Notes under the pieces: model-generated | The model's input: only the letters and a program-made list of their open reading frames with translations | Databases searched by the model: none | What the model was told of the DNA's origin: nothing | In this document: positions 42,039 through 50,392 of the stretch, in pieces | Layout of the letters: every line of letters begins with the position of its first letter | How positions within the stretch are numbered: the first letter of the stretch is position 1 | Origin: an uncultured delta proteobacterium | GTDB taxonomy: Bacteria > Myxococcota > Myxococcia > Myxococcales > Myxococcaceae | DNA: 64,000 nt | Assembly (NCBI GenBank): GCA_963771175.1 | Contig: CAVYSY010000021.1 | Location: forward strand, 128,001 to 192,000 | Direction of reading: 5' to 3' | Translations under genes and position numbers: made by a program

Positions 42039-42765
42039 GGCGTTGCCACCGCCAGCGTCGATGACCCACCGGGTGCTCGAACTGCTCCGCTCCCGAGACG
42101 AGGAAGCGGAGCACGGCCAGGTCCGGCGGAAGCGCGTTCGTCCGGGGCTGACCGTCGTCCGAGCCCACCTGGCAGGAGAGCGTGAACCTGGACACCCTGC
42201 TGGCGGCCCGCAGGCGGCAGGCAAACGCGCGCGGGAAGTCCGCGGACTCCGCGAAGTGCTGCCAGGGCGAGGGGACCGGCTCGTCGTAGGCGACGACCAG
42301 GACGCTCTCGGCCCCGTCGGCCAGCAGGCCGCAGGCCTCGACGACCGCCGCCTCCACCGTCTCCGGTCCGGACGCCACGGCGCTGTAGGCGCCGGTGTGG
42401 CCCCGGATGATGGAGTAGAGGGCGCCAATCGCGTTGTGCACCGAGAGGCTGAAGGAGGCGGGCGAGAGGGGCTCCGACTTCGCCAGCTGCGTCAGCAGCT
42501 CCACCGAGCGCGTCAGGTCCCCGTAGCGGGAGGCGAAGACCACCGGGGTCTCCGCTGCGTCCGCCTGGCACCCGTACGCCGCCTGCAGCGCGATGCGTCC
42601 GAGGCGCTCCACGCGACGGCGCATCATCGCCGGCACCTCGGTCAGGGCCGGAGTGCCCTCCGTCGGGAGTGGGTGCGGCTGCGCGAACCAGGACTGCCAG
42701 GCAGTCGTGTCGGTGAGTCCAGGAGCCCAGGCCGACCACCGGTCGATGGCGAATTCAACAATCAT
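42031..42765 (-). CDS. Ketosynthase chain-length factor (ApeC-like, N-terminal KS domain)
   Basis: VPAMMRRR, VFASRYGD, LSPASFSLSVHNA; first gene of the cluster. Confidence 0.87.
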   Translation of the reverse strand: MIVEFAIDRWSAWAPGLTDTTAWQSWFAQPHPLPTEGTPALTEVPAMMRRRVERLGRIALQAAYGCQADAAETPVVFASRYGDLTRSVELLTQLAKSEPLSPASFSLSVHNAIGALYSIIRGHTGAYSAVASGPETVEAAVVEACGLLADGAESVLVVAYDEPVPSPWQHFAESADFPRAFACRLRAASRVSRFTLSCQVGSDDGQPRTNALPPDLAVLRFLVSGAEQFEHPVGHRRWRWQRHA

Positions 42766-42941
42766 GAGAAAGGGCTACGGGTCCGTCCGCCCCGCCACTA
42801 CCTCCGGACGAGAGGGGGTTCCTACCAAACCATCCAACACCTGACAAATGCCCCCAAAAGGAAGGAGGGCGATTGACGCCCGCCCCCTGTCGTGCGGCGG
42901 CTCTCACTCGAAGTGTGGACTGGGGGCCTCGGCTCGCGCCG

Positions 42942-43778
42942 TCAGGGGCCGCTGCGCTCCAGGTGGCGCTCGAGGAAGGCGCGGTAGTGCTCCTGGGCGA
43001 CGGGCAGCACGTCTCCGTGCTGGCCCCCTTCGACGAGGAGGAGCTCCTTGGGCTCGTTCGCGTTCGCGAAGACCTCCTGGCCGAACTCGACCCGGATGAG
43101 CTGGTCCGCCGTCCCGTGCGCGATGAACAGCGGCACGTGGATGGACCGGATGCGCCCGACGGTGTTCCAGGTGTCCTCGGCGATGAAGGAGATGGGGAAG
43201 TCCATCCGGGTCGAGTCGCGCTTGAGGCCCTCCACCGACATCAGGGGCGACTCGAGGATGAGCACCTCCGGTGGGTGGCCCTCGGCCCGCTGGGTGGCGG
43301 CGGCCGTCCCGAAGGAGTGCCCGTAGTAGATGAAGTGGGCCCCCGGCCCGCTGCGCTCCTGCAGCCACCGGAGGGCCGCGAGCGAGTCCTCGCCAATCCC
43401 CTCCTCGGTGGGAGGCAGGTCGGTCGAGGTCCCGAACCCGCGATAGTCGAACCCGAGCACGTCATAGCCGAGGTTGGACAGGCGCTTGATGCGCCAGAAC
43501 TGCAGGCCGAGGTGGGTGCCTGCGCCGTGGAAGAACAGGATGGCGCCGCGGGAGGGTTGCACCTCCGCCCGGACGTAGACCGCCCCCAGGGAGACCTCCT
43601 CGTTCACCTGGATGCGGACCTCCTCGACCCGCTCCGCCGACACCACCTCGGCCGGCTCGTCCGACTCCAGCTCGAAGGCGTAGGCGGTCACCCGCGGTGG
43701 AACGTAGAGGAACGGGTCCATCTTGCAGCCGGCGGCCAGCGCCAGGACCAGCCAGAGGACCCACGGTCTCGGACTCAT
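42942..43778 (-). CDS. Alpha/beta hydrolase lipoprotein
   Basis: Signal peptide ending LAAGC; FFHGAG, DYRGFG, GHSFG nucleophile, HGTAD, GGQH. Confidence 0.85.
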   Translation of the reverse strand: MSPRPWVLWLVLALAAGCKMDPFLYVPPRVTAYAFELESDEPAEVVSAERVEEVRIQVNEEVSLGAVYVRAEVQPSRGAILFFHGAGTHLGLQFWRIKRLSNLGYDVLGFDYRGFGTSTDLPPTEEGIGEDSLAALRWLQERSGPGAHFIYYGHSFGTAAATQRAEGHPPEVLILESPLMSVEGLKRDSTRMDFPISFIAEDTWNTVGRIRSIHVPLFIAHGTADQLIRVEFGQEVFANANEPKELLLVEGGQHGDVLPVAQEHYRAFLERHLERSGP

Positions 43779-44413
43779 CGCACCTCTCCCGGTCGCCAAC
43801 GGATGCCGAGGACCAGGCCCATCGCGCCCTGTCCTGCCACGCCCACCCAGGGGATGACTGTGCGTTCGGTCGGATAGTCCGGCGCGAACCAGCGCGCCTC
43901 GGCCTGCAGCCCGAGCTCTCCGAACCACAGCTGGGCGCCCGCCGCGGGTGAGACGAGGATCGGCCCTCCGGCGAACTGCGCGAAGCCGGTCACCGAGGCA
44001 TAGGGCAGCAGCCGCTCGCCGACGAGGTAGCTGGCGGTGGCGGTGGCCTCGAAATAGGCGGCGCTCTGCTTGAAGTCGGTGAACCCGAGCAGCCGTGCGG
44101 TCCCCGAGAGCGCGGGGATGGCACCGCGCTGCTCGAACAGCAGGTAGGTGGAGCCCACGTCGAGCCCGGCGAGCCCCACCAACAGCGGGGTCAAGTGGGC
44201 GTGGGCGTGCACGTCGAGGCGGTCCGCCACGCCGTAGCTCGCACCGGCCGTCAGGTGGGGCGCCGGAAAGGGAACGCCCCAGGAGGCGATGGGCCCCCCC
44301 ATGTCCGCCTGGAGCTGGAGCTGCCCCTTCGGCGTGGGCCGCACCGGACTGGTGTGCCCACAGCCGAGCGCCATCACAGCCATGCAACACATCACCCACA
44401 GCGAGGCCCGCAT
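43775..44413 (-). CDS. Hypothetical lipoprotein, possibly beta-strand rich
   Basis: MRASLWVMCCMAVMALGC lipobox; alternating hydrophobic strands; overlaps the start of the hydrolase gene. Confidence 0.65.
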   Translation of the reverse strand: MRASLWVMCCMAVMALGCGHTSPVRPTPKGQLQLQADMGGPIASWGVPFPAPHLTAGASYGVADRLDVHAHAHLTPLLVGLAGLDVGSTYLLFEQRGAIPALSGTARLLGFTDFKQSAAYFEATATASYLVGERLLPYASVTGFAQFAGGPILVSPAAGAQLWFGELGLQAEARWFAPDYPTERTVIPWVGVAGQGAMGLVLGIRWRPGEVR

Positions 44414-44540
44414 CGCGGCGCGAGCATAGTCAACGCAGGGCGGATTCAGGAAGCCCGCCACGCAGGCCAGCTGGAGGGATGGGGGGAGGCAGTGCCATCC
44501 GCATCTCCAACTCAGGCGCTTGACTGGACCTCACGGCAGC

Positions 44541-44750
44541 TCACTCCTCGTCGGGCTCGCGGTGGCCGGGCCTGCCCGATAGGGTGTCTACCTGGACCAC
44601 GCGCCCTCCCTTGTCCGGTGAGCTCCTGGCCGCATCGACCTCCTCGGGTGTGTGGGGCGCCCCCTCCTCGAAGTTGTCGCCCTCCAGATTGCGCTGCCGT
44701 TGCTCGCTCGTGCTCCCGTAGCCCTCCCGCAGCTTCTTCTTGCCCGGCAT
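44541..44750 (-). CDS. Small hydrophilic hypothetical protein (69 aa)
   Basis: AGGAG SD upstream of ATG 44750 (MPGKKKLREGY...). Confidence 0.5.
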   Translation of the reverse strand: MPGKKKLREGYGSTSEQRQRNLEGDNFEEGAPHTPEEVDAARSSPDKGGRVVQVDTLSGRPGHREPDEE

Positions 44751-45062
44751 TGCCCGCTCCTGGGTGAATGGTCCAGGCCCTGATGTTTGGGATGGGGGCC
44801 AGGGGCGGCAACGCCTCCAGCCCAGGTCGAACCCACCCCGAGTCCAATCCGGGGGAGGGCCTTCCCCATCGGCTCCCGGGCGGGCGAGCAATCGCGGCCA
44901 CAGGGCCGTGGCCCGGGGCCCGCATTCGACCGGCGCATCTCCTGGCTTTACAGGGAGTCAAGGGGGGCACGTCTGGTGCAGGACCCACCGGCCGACGAGG
45001 GGAATCTTCCTCCCGCTCGACTGTCGACGGAGACGCGCCCCACTGCTATGCACACCCACACC

Positions 45063-47234
45063 ATGGATGTCCGTCCCTCTCCGCGCCGCGCGCTGCTGCT
45101 GGCGCTGACGCTGTTGATGTCCGCCTGCAAGACGCCCTCCGCCGTGGGCGGTGGCACCTCGACCGGCAACTCGTCCGGCAAGTCTTCCAGCAACGGCAAC
45201 ACCCAAGACGTCCCCGAAGGCGATCCGTTCCCGAAGAGGCCCTCCGTGGAGGCCCGGAAGGACGCTCGGGCCGACGAGGCGCTCGCCCAGGCCATCCAGC
45301 AGGCCGAGATGCTGCCTCGCAAGCAGGCCGCCGAGTCCTTCCTGGCCGTGCGCAAGGCCTACCCGGAGACGACGGCGAGCCAGGAGGCCCTCTACCGCGC
45401 CGGCGTGCTCTTCTACGACTCGCAGGACTACGTCAACGCGCGAAAGACCTTCAACGAGCTGCTCTTCGAGAACCCGCTCCACCCGCAGGCCCCGGATGCC
45501 AAGCGCCGGTTGGGCCGCGCCGCGCTGGAGGTGGGTGCCTACCGCGACGCGTACCAGACGCTCTACAGCCTCGCCGAGCGCGCCGAGGGTCCCGAGCGCA
45601 CCCAGCTCCTCGAGGACGCCGCGAAGGCCGCGGAGAAGGCGGGCCTCTTCGGGCAGGCGCTGCAGATCGCCGTGGACCTCGCCGGTGACGCACGGACGCC
45701 CGAGGCGCAGCAGGCCGCGGTGGCCCGGGTGCAGCAGCTCGTGGAGGGTCGCGCGGGCTTCACGGACGTGGCGAAGGTGATGGACGAGCTGTCCCCAGCC
45801 AACCCCGCCTGGCCGGTGCTGACCTTCAAGCTGGCGCGCATCTACTACCACCTGCGGGACTGGACCCGTCTGGAGGAGACGCTCAACCGCTTCCTGGCCG
45901 AGGCCCCCTCGCACCCCTTCGCGGGTCAGGCCCGCGAGCTGCTCGCGCGCGCCACCCGGCGCGTGGAGGTGCGCCCCAAGACGGTGGGTCTGCTGCTGCC
46001 CATGTCCGGCAAGTACAAGGCCGTGGGCGAGGCGGTGCTGCGCGGCGTGAAGCTGGGCCTCGCCGGCAGCGACGTGGAGCTCGTCGTCAAGGACACCCAG
46101 GGCGACGTGAACACCACCGCCCAGGCCATGGAGCAGCTCGCCTTCGACGAAGGCGCCATGGTGGTGCTGGGCCCCATCGTCTCGGATGATTCGCGGCGCG
46201 CCGCGCTGGTGGCCGAGGAACTCCAGGTCCCACTCATCAACCTCTCGCGCCTGGAGGGCATCACCGACATCGGGCCCTACGTCTTCCGCAACATGCTCAC
46301 CAACGAGGCCCAGGCTCGCGCCATCGCCGAGTTCGCGATGAAGCAGAAGGGCTTCAAGAGCTTCGCGATGCTCTACCCGAACCTCCCGTACGGGGTGGAG
46401 CTGGCCAACGACTTCTGGGACTACGTGACGGAGAACGGTGGACAGGTGCGCGGCGCCGAGTCGTACGCGCATGACCAGACCACCTTCACCACCGAGGCCA
46501 AGAAGCTGGTGGGCCGCTACTACCTGGAGGATCGGCTCGACTACGTCGAGAGCGTGCGCGAGGCGCAGCAGCAGACCAGCGGCCTGGATGCGTTCCGCAA
46601 GCGCAAGGCCATGGAGAAGGTGAGGGGCAACGTGGAGCCCGTCATCGACTTCGAGGCCATCTTCGTCCCCGATGAGTGGAAGCGGGTGAGCCTGGTGGCT
46701 CCGGCGCTGGCGGTGGAGGACATCGTCACCAATGCGTGCGACGCGCGCGACGTGGAGCGCATCCGCAAGACGACGGGCAAGAAGGACCTGAAGACGGTGA
46801 TGCTGCTGGGTACCAATGCCTGGAGCAGCTCCAAGGGCGCCAGTGGCCTGCCCGAGCTCATCGAGCGCGGCGGCAAGTTCGTCACCTGCTCGGTGTACGT
46901 GGACGGCTTCTTCGTGGACTCGCAGCGGCCGGCCACGCAGCGCTTCGTGAAGGCCTACCGTCAGGCGAACACCGGCGATCCGGGCCTGCTGGAGGCCTAC
47001 GGCTACGATTCGGCGCGCATGGTGCGGCAGATCATGGACTCGAAGCAGGCCCCCAGGAGCCGCGGTGAGTTCCGCGAGGCCCTGGCCAACCTGAAGGACT
47101 TCGACGGCGCCACCGGCAAGACGTCCTTCGACGAGAAGCGCGAGGCCCGCAAGCCCCTGTTCCTCCTCTCCGTGAGCAACAAGGGCATCACCGAGGTGCC
47201 TCCGGAGAAGACGGCGGCGTTGGGGGGCTCGTGA
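45063..47234 (+). CDS. LpoA/LppC-family penicillin-binding-protein activator-like lipoprotein (TPR plus periplasmic binding fold)
   Basis: Signal peptide ending LMSAC; TPR repeats; VGLLLPMSG, VVLGP, AYGYD, FDGATG motifs. Confidence 0.8.
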   Translation: MDVRPSPRRALLLALTLLMSACKTPSAVGGGTSTGNSSGKSSSNGNTQDVPEGDPFPKRPSVEARKDARADEALAQAIQQAEMLPRKQAAESFLAVRKAYPETTASQEALYRAGVLFYDSQDYVNARKTFNELLFENPLHPQAPDAKRRLGRAALEVGAYRDAYQTLYSLAERAEGPERTQLLEDAAKAAEKAGLFGQALQIAVDLAGDARTPEAQQAAVARVQQLVEGRAGFTDVAKVMDELSPANPAWPVLTFKLARIYYHLRDWTRLEETLNRFLAEAPSHPFAGQARELLARATRRVEVRPKTVGLLLPMSGKYKAVGEAVLRGVKLGLAGSDVELVVKDTQGDVNTTAQAMEQLAFDEGAMVVLGPIVSDDSRRAALVAEELQVPLINLSRLEGITDIGPYVFRNMLTNEAQARAIAEFAMKQKGFKSFAMLYPNLPYGVELANDFWDYVTENGGQVRGAESYAHDQTTFTTEAKKLVGRYYLEDRLDYVESVREAQQQTSGLDAFRKRKAMEKVRGNVEPVIDFEAIFVPDEWKRVSLVAPALAVEDIVTNACDARDVERIRKTTGKKDLKTVMLLGTNAWSSSKGASGLPELIERGGKFVTCSVYVDGFFVDSQRPATQRFVKAYRQANTGDPGLLEAYGYDSARMVRQIMDSKQAPRSRGEFREALANLKDFDGATGKTSFDEKREARKPLFLLSVSNKGITEVPPEKTAALGGS

Positions 47235-48835
47235 GCTCGACGGCGCCTCGTGCGCTGGCCGTGGTGGGAATGCTGGCGCTGGCGGGCTGTCGGCACGCCG
47301 GGCCAGTGCTGGCTCCGGACATCTCCGCCCGCCTGGAGTCCTCTCCCGGTGCGTACCTCGCGGGTGAGGTGAAGGGGCTCGAGGACGCCGACGTCCTGGA
47401 CCGCAAGGACTTCGTCTGGACGCTGGCCTTCTCGGAGGAGGGCTCGCGCGTGGCCTATTCGCACCTGGGCGCCCGCGAGTACCAGCTCGCCCTGTGGACG
47501 CTGGAGCCCACGCCGACGCGCGTGGTGGAGCAGGGCGTCAACGCCACCGAGTTCGATCTGGAGGCGTTGGCCTTCTCCCCGGACGGCAAGCTGCTGGCGA
47601 GCGCGGGCTGGGACGGCATGGTGCGCCTGTATGACGCGGCCACCGGCGCGCAGACCGCGAACCTGCGCACCGACGAGCCCCTCACCGCGGTGGCCTTCCA
47701 CCCAGCGGGTGGCTACCTCGTGGTGGGCAGCGCCCAGGGGCTTCTCACCGCGCTGCGCGTGTCGGACCTGGGTTTCTCCTTCGAGGCTCGGCCCCATGCG
47801 GACCGGGTGAGCGCGCTCGCCTTCGCGCGGGACGGGACGCTGTACTCGGGGGGCTGGGACAAGCGCATCCGGGTCTTCGATTCGCGCGAGGAGGCACTGC
47901 GGCGCGAGCAGACGCGGTTGCGCTTCGAGCGGCGCGGGGGCTTCGCCGTGGTGGGAGGCACCGTCAACGGAAAGTCGGCGGTGGCCTTCGCGTTGGATGC
48001 GCGCACTCCCGCCATCGTGCTGGGCACGCAGGCGGCGGCGGCGGCCGGCATCGACACGGCCTTCCTGCAGGAGACGGTGTCCCTGCCCTCATCGCTCGGC
48101 GCCAACCTGGCGCGCGTGGCCCGAGGCCAGCGCCTGCGCCTCAAGGGGATGGAGCTGGAGGGCGTGGACGTGGCGGTGTGCGACGCGTGCCTGCCCGAGG
48201 GTGTGGCGGGGGTGCTGGGTGCGCCCTTCTCCGAGCGCGTCGACGTGGTCTTCGACGAGAGCACGGGCGAGGCCGTCCTCACCCTGAAGGCGCCCGCGCC
48301 GGTGGGGCCCGAGGCGCAGCGGGGGCTGGTGCTCGCGCCTCGCACCACCTTCACCTTCGAGGCGCACGTCAACGACGTCACCCTGGACGCGACCGGGCGG
48401 CGCCTGGGCGTGGCCTTCTCCGAGTCCAAGGCCGAGCGCACCCGCGCCATCTACGAGCGCGAGAAGAAGGGCCTCACCGAGCCGCCCTCCGAGCAGAACG
48501 CCGCGGCACTGGTGGATGCCGCCACCGGCCAGGTGCTTCGCAAGTGGACGCGGCACCGGGGCGTGGTGGCCACCGCGGGCATCTCCCCGGACGGCCGGGC
48601 GCTGGCCAGCGGCGGCTGGGACAAGCAGCTCTACCTGTGGAGCGAGGGCCAGGAGGCCCCGGTGGCGGAGCGGGAGTTCGGCTGGTCCGTGCGCCGGGTG
48701 CGCTTCAGCCCGGACGGTCGGCGGGTGGGCGTGGCCGCGTGGACGCCGCAGAAGGCCACCGGCAACCAGGAGAGTGACCCGGCCGCGGTGCTCTTCTCCG
48801 TGCGCTACGCCGCCCCCACCGTGGAGCGGCGCTAG
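47231..48835 (+). CDS. WD40-repeat lipoprotein with inserted retropepsin-like domain
   Basis: Lipobox LAGC; WD repeats (AFSPDGKLLASAGWDGMVRLYD, SPDGRALASGGWDK); insert TVNGKSAVAFALDART...GVLGAPF. Confidence 0.78.
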   Translation: MSSTAPRALAVVGMLALAGCRHAGPVLAPDISARLESSPGAYLAGEVKGLEDADVLDRKDFVWTLAFSEEGSRVAYSHLGAREYQLALWTLEPTPTRVVEQGVNATEFDLEALAFSPDGKLLASAGWDGMVRLYDAATGAQTANLRTDEPLTAVAFHPAGGYLVVGSAQGLLTALRVSDLGFSFEARPHADRVSALAFARDGTLYSGGWDKRIRVFDSREEALRREQTRLRFERRGGFAVVGGTVNGKSAVAFALDARTPAIVLGTQAAAAAGIDTAFLQETVSLPSSLGANLARVARGQRLRLKGMELEGVDVAVCDACLPEGVAGVLGAPFSERVDVVFDESTGEAVLTLKAPAPVGPEAQRGLVLAPRTTFTFEAHVNDVTLDATGRRLGVAFSESKAERTRAIYEREKKGLTEPPSEQNAAALVDAATGQVLRKWTRHRGVVATAGISPDGRALASGGWDKQLYLWSEGQEAPVAEREFGWSVRRVRFSPDGRRVGVAAWTPQKATGNQESDPAAVLFSVRYAAPTVERR

Positions 48836-49524
48836 TAGTTGAGGTGGATGGACTCGCGGGGCACCCCGCGGGTCCGCAGCGCGTCGATGACTCCCTGCAC
48901 CATCCCCGACTGGCCGCAGACGAAGGCGAGGGTGTTCTCCACCGGCTCCTCGCCCAGGTGGCCCTGCACGTAGCCGGTGAGGCCCTGCCAGCCACTCGCG
49001 CCCGGCTGGCTCACCGTGCGCACCACGCGGATGTCCGCCGCCTCCCAGTGGTGCAGCTCGTCCTCATAGGCGAAGGCCTGGGGGGTGCGCGCTCCGAAGT
49101 ACAGCGTCACCTTCCCGTAGGCGCTCCGCTCGGCGCGGATGCTCTCGATGACGGAGCGGATGGGCGAGATGCCCGAGCCGGTGGCGAAGAGCAGCAGGTC
49201 CTTCCCTCGCCCCAGGTGCAGGGGAAAGCCGCGGCCCTCGGGGCGCTGGCTGCGCACCTCCGCTCCCGGTTTGAGCAGGATGAGGGCGTCCGCCAGCGGG
49301 CTGCCTCCCTTGAGGAGGAACTCCCAGCGGGTGCCGAAGGGCTCCGGCGGCGAGGCGATGGCGAACAGGCCCTCGCCCAGCCCGGGCAGGGCCAGGCGCA
49401 CGTACTGGCCCGGGGTGCGGTGTGTGCCCACCAACGGGGTGCCGCCGATGTCCAGGATGAGCTCGGTGAGACCCTCCGCGGCGGGAAGGACGGTTGCCAC
49501 GGTGGTGGGGTGCCAGTCGTTCAT
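48832..49524 (-). CDS. Ferredoxin-NADP reductase-like FAD/NAD-binding oxidoreductase
   Basis: PGQYV, FATGSGISP, LYFGAR, FVCGQSGM. Confidence 0.85.
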   Translation of the reverse strand: MNDWHPTTVATVLPAAEGLTELILDIGGTPLVGTHRTPGQYVRLALPGLGEGLFAIASPPEPFGTRWEFLLKGGSPLADALILLKPGAEVRSQRPEGRGFPLHLGRGKDLLLFATGSGISPIRSVIESIRAERSAYGKVTLYFGARTPQAFAYEDELHHWEAADIRVVRTVSQPGASGWQGLTGYVQGHLGEEPVENTLAFVCGQSGMVQGVIDALRTRGVPRESIHLNY

Positions 49525-49582
49525 GACAGCTCTGATTTAACCTTGGACCCGAGGCGCCGTCGCCCTTTGATAACCTGGGGGC

Positions 49583-50350
49583 GTGAAGACCTTGCTCTGG
49601 TTGGTGCTGTTCCTCATCGGGTTGGCGGGCGTGGCGTTCCCGGCCGTCTACCTCCATGCCGCCAGCACGCTGCCCCAGCTCGAGACGGAGTTCGATCTCG
49701 AGAAGCAGCTGCGGCACTCCATCGAGGGCGAGCGGATGAGCTTGCGTGCGGGCACCTTCGAGAACACGCGGTCCATCGCTTACAAGAGGCCGGACTTCGC
49801 GCGCCTCCCCAAGGACCTGGTGGCCCTCTACATCGCGCAGCTCGGGTGCCCCACCTACTTCCAGACGCCGCGCGAGGACGGCCCGAAGTGGTCCTGGCGC
49901 CTCTTCTCCTACGTCACCTTCGGCACCGAGCCGCCAGGGGACGGAGCCTGCGAGCGGCTCCTCGCCGTGCGGCTCGCCTCGAAGCTGGGCATCGAGGGCA
50001 ATCTGGAGCGGGTCATCGCCGCCCACCGCCTGCACGCCTTCCTCCAGAAGGACCAGCTCATCGCCTACGATTTGTCCTCCCTCTACTTCGAGCGGGGCAT
50101 CGTGGGAGTGGAGGACGCGGCGTACAAGGTTTTCGGGCGCGAGCTGGACACGCTCCAGCTCCCGGAGCTGGCAGAGCTGTCGCTCGCCCTGCCACCGCAC
50201 AGCTACTACGCGGACGCGGTCTCCTGCCGCAACGCGAGCCTCATCCGGCAGAACCGGGACGTGCTGCTGACGGACCTGTTCGGCTACAAGCTCGTCACCG
50301 AGGAGCGGGCGCGCAGCGCGATGACCCGGCCGGTGGCCTGCCTGCACTGA
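49583..50350 (+). CDS. Transglycosylase (GT51)-like protein, catalytically degenerate
   Basis: N-terminal TM; LQKDQLIAYDLSSLYFERGIVGVEDAAYKVFGR resembles GT51 motifs 4-5; motif 1 EDxxFxxHxG is not recognisable. Confidence 0.7.
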   Translation: MKTLLWLVLFLIGLAGVAFPAVYLHAASTLPQLETEFDLEKQLRHSIEGERMSLRAGTFENTRSIAYKRPDFARLPKDLVALYIAQLGCPTYFQTPREDGPKWSWRLFSYVTFGTEPPGDGACERLLAVRLASKLGIEGNLERVIAAHRLHAFLQKDQLIAYDLSSLYFERGIVGVEDAAYKVFGRELDTLQLPELAELSLALPPHSYYADAVSCRNASLIRQNRDVLLTDLFGYKLVTEERARSAMTRPVACLH

Positions 50351-50392
50351 GGCGTCCCGCCGCGCGCCAGGGGCTCGGCGGGGACCGGGCCC

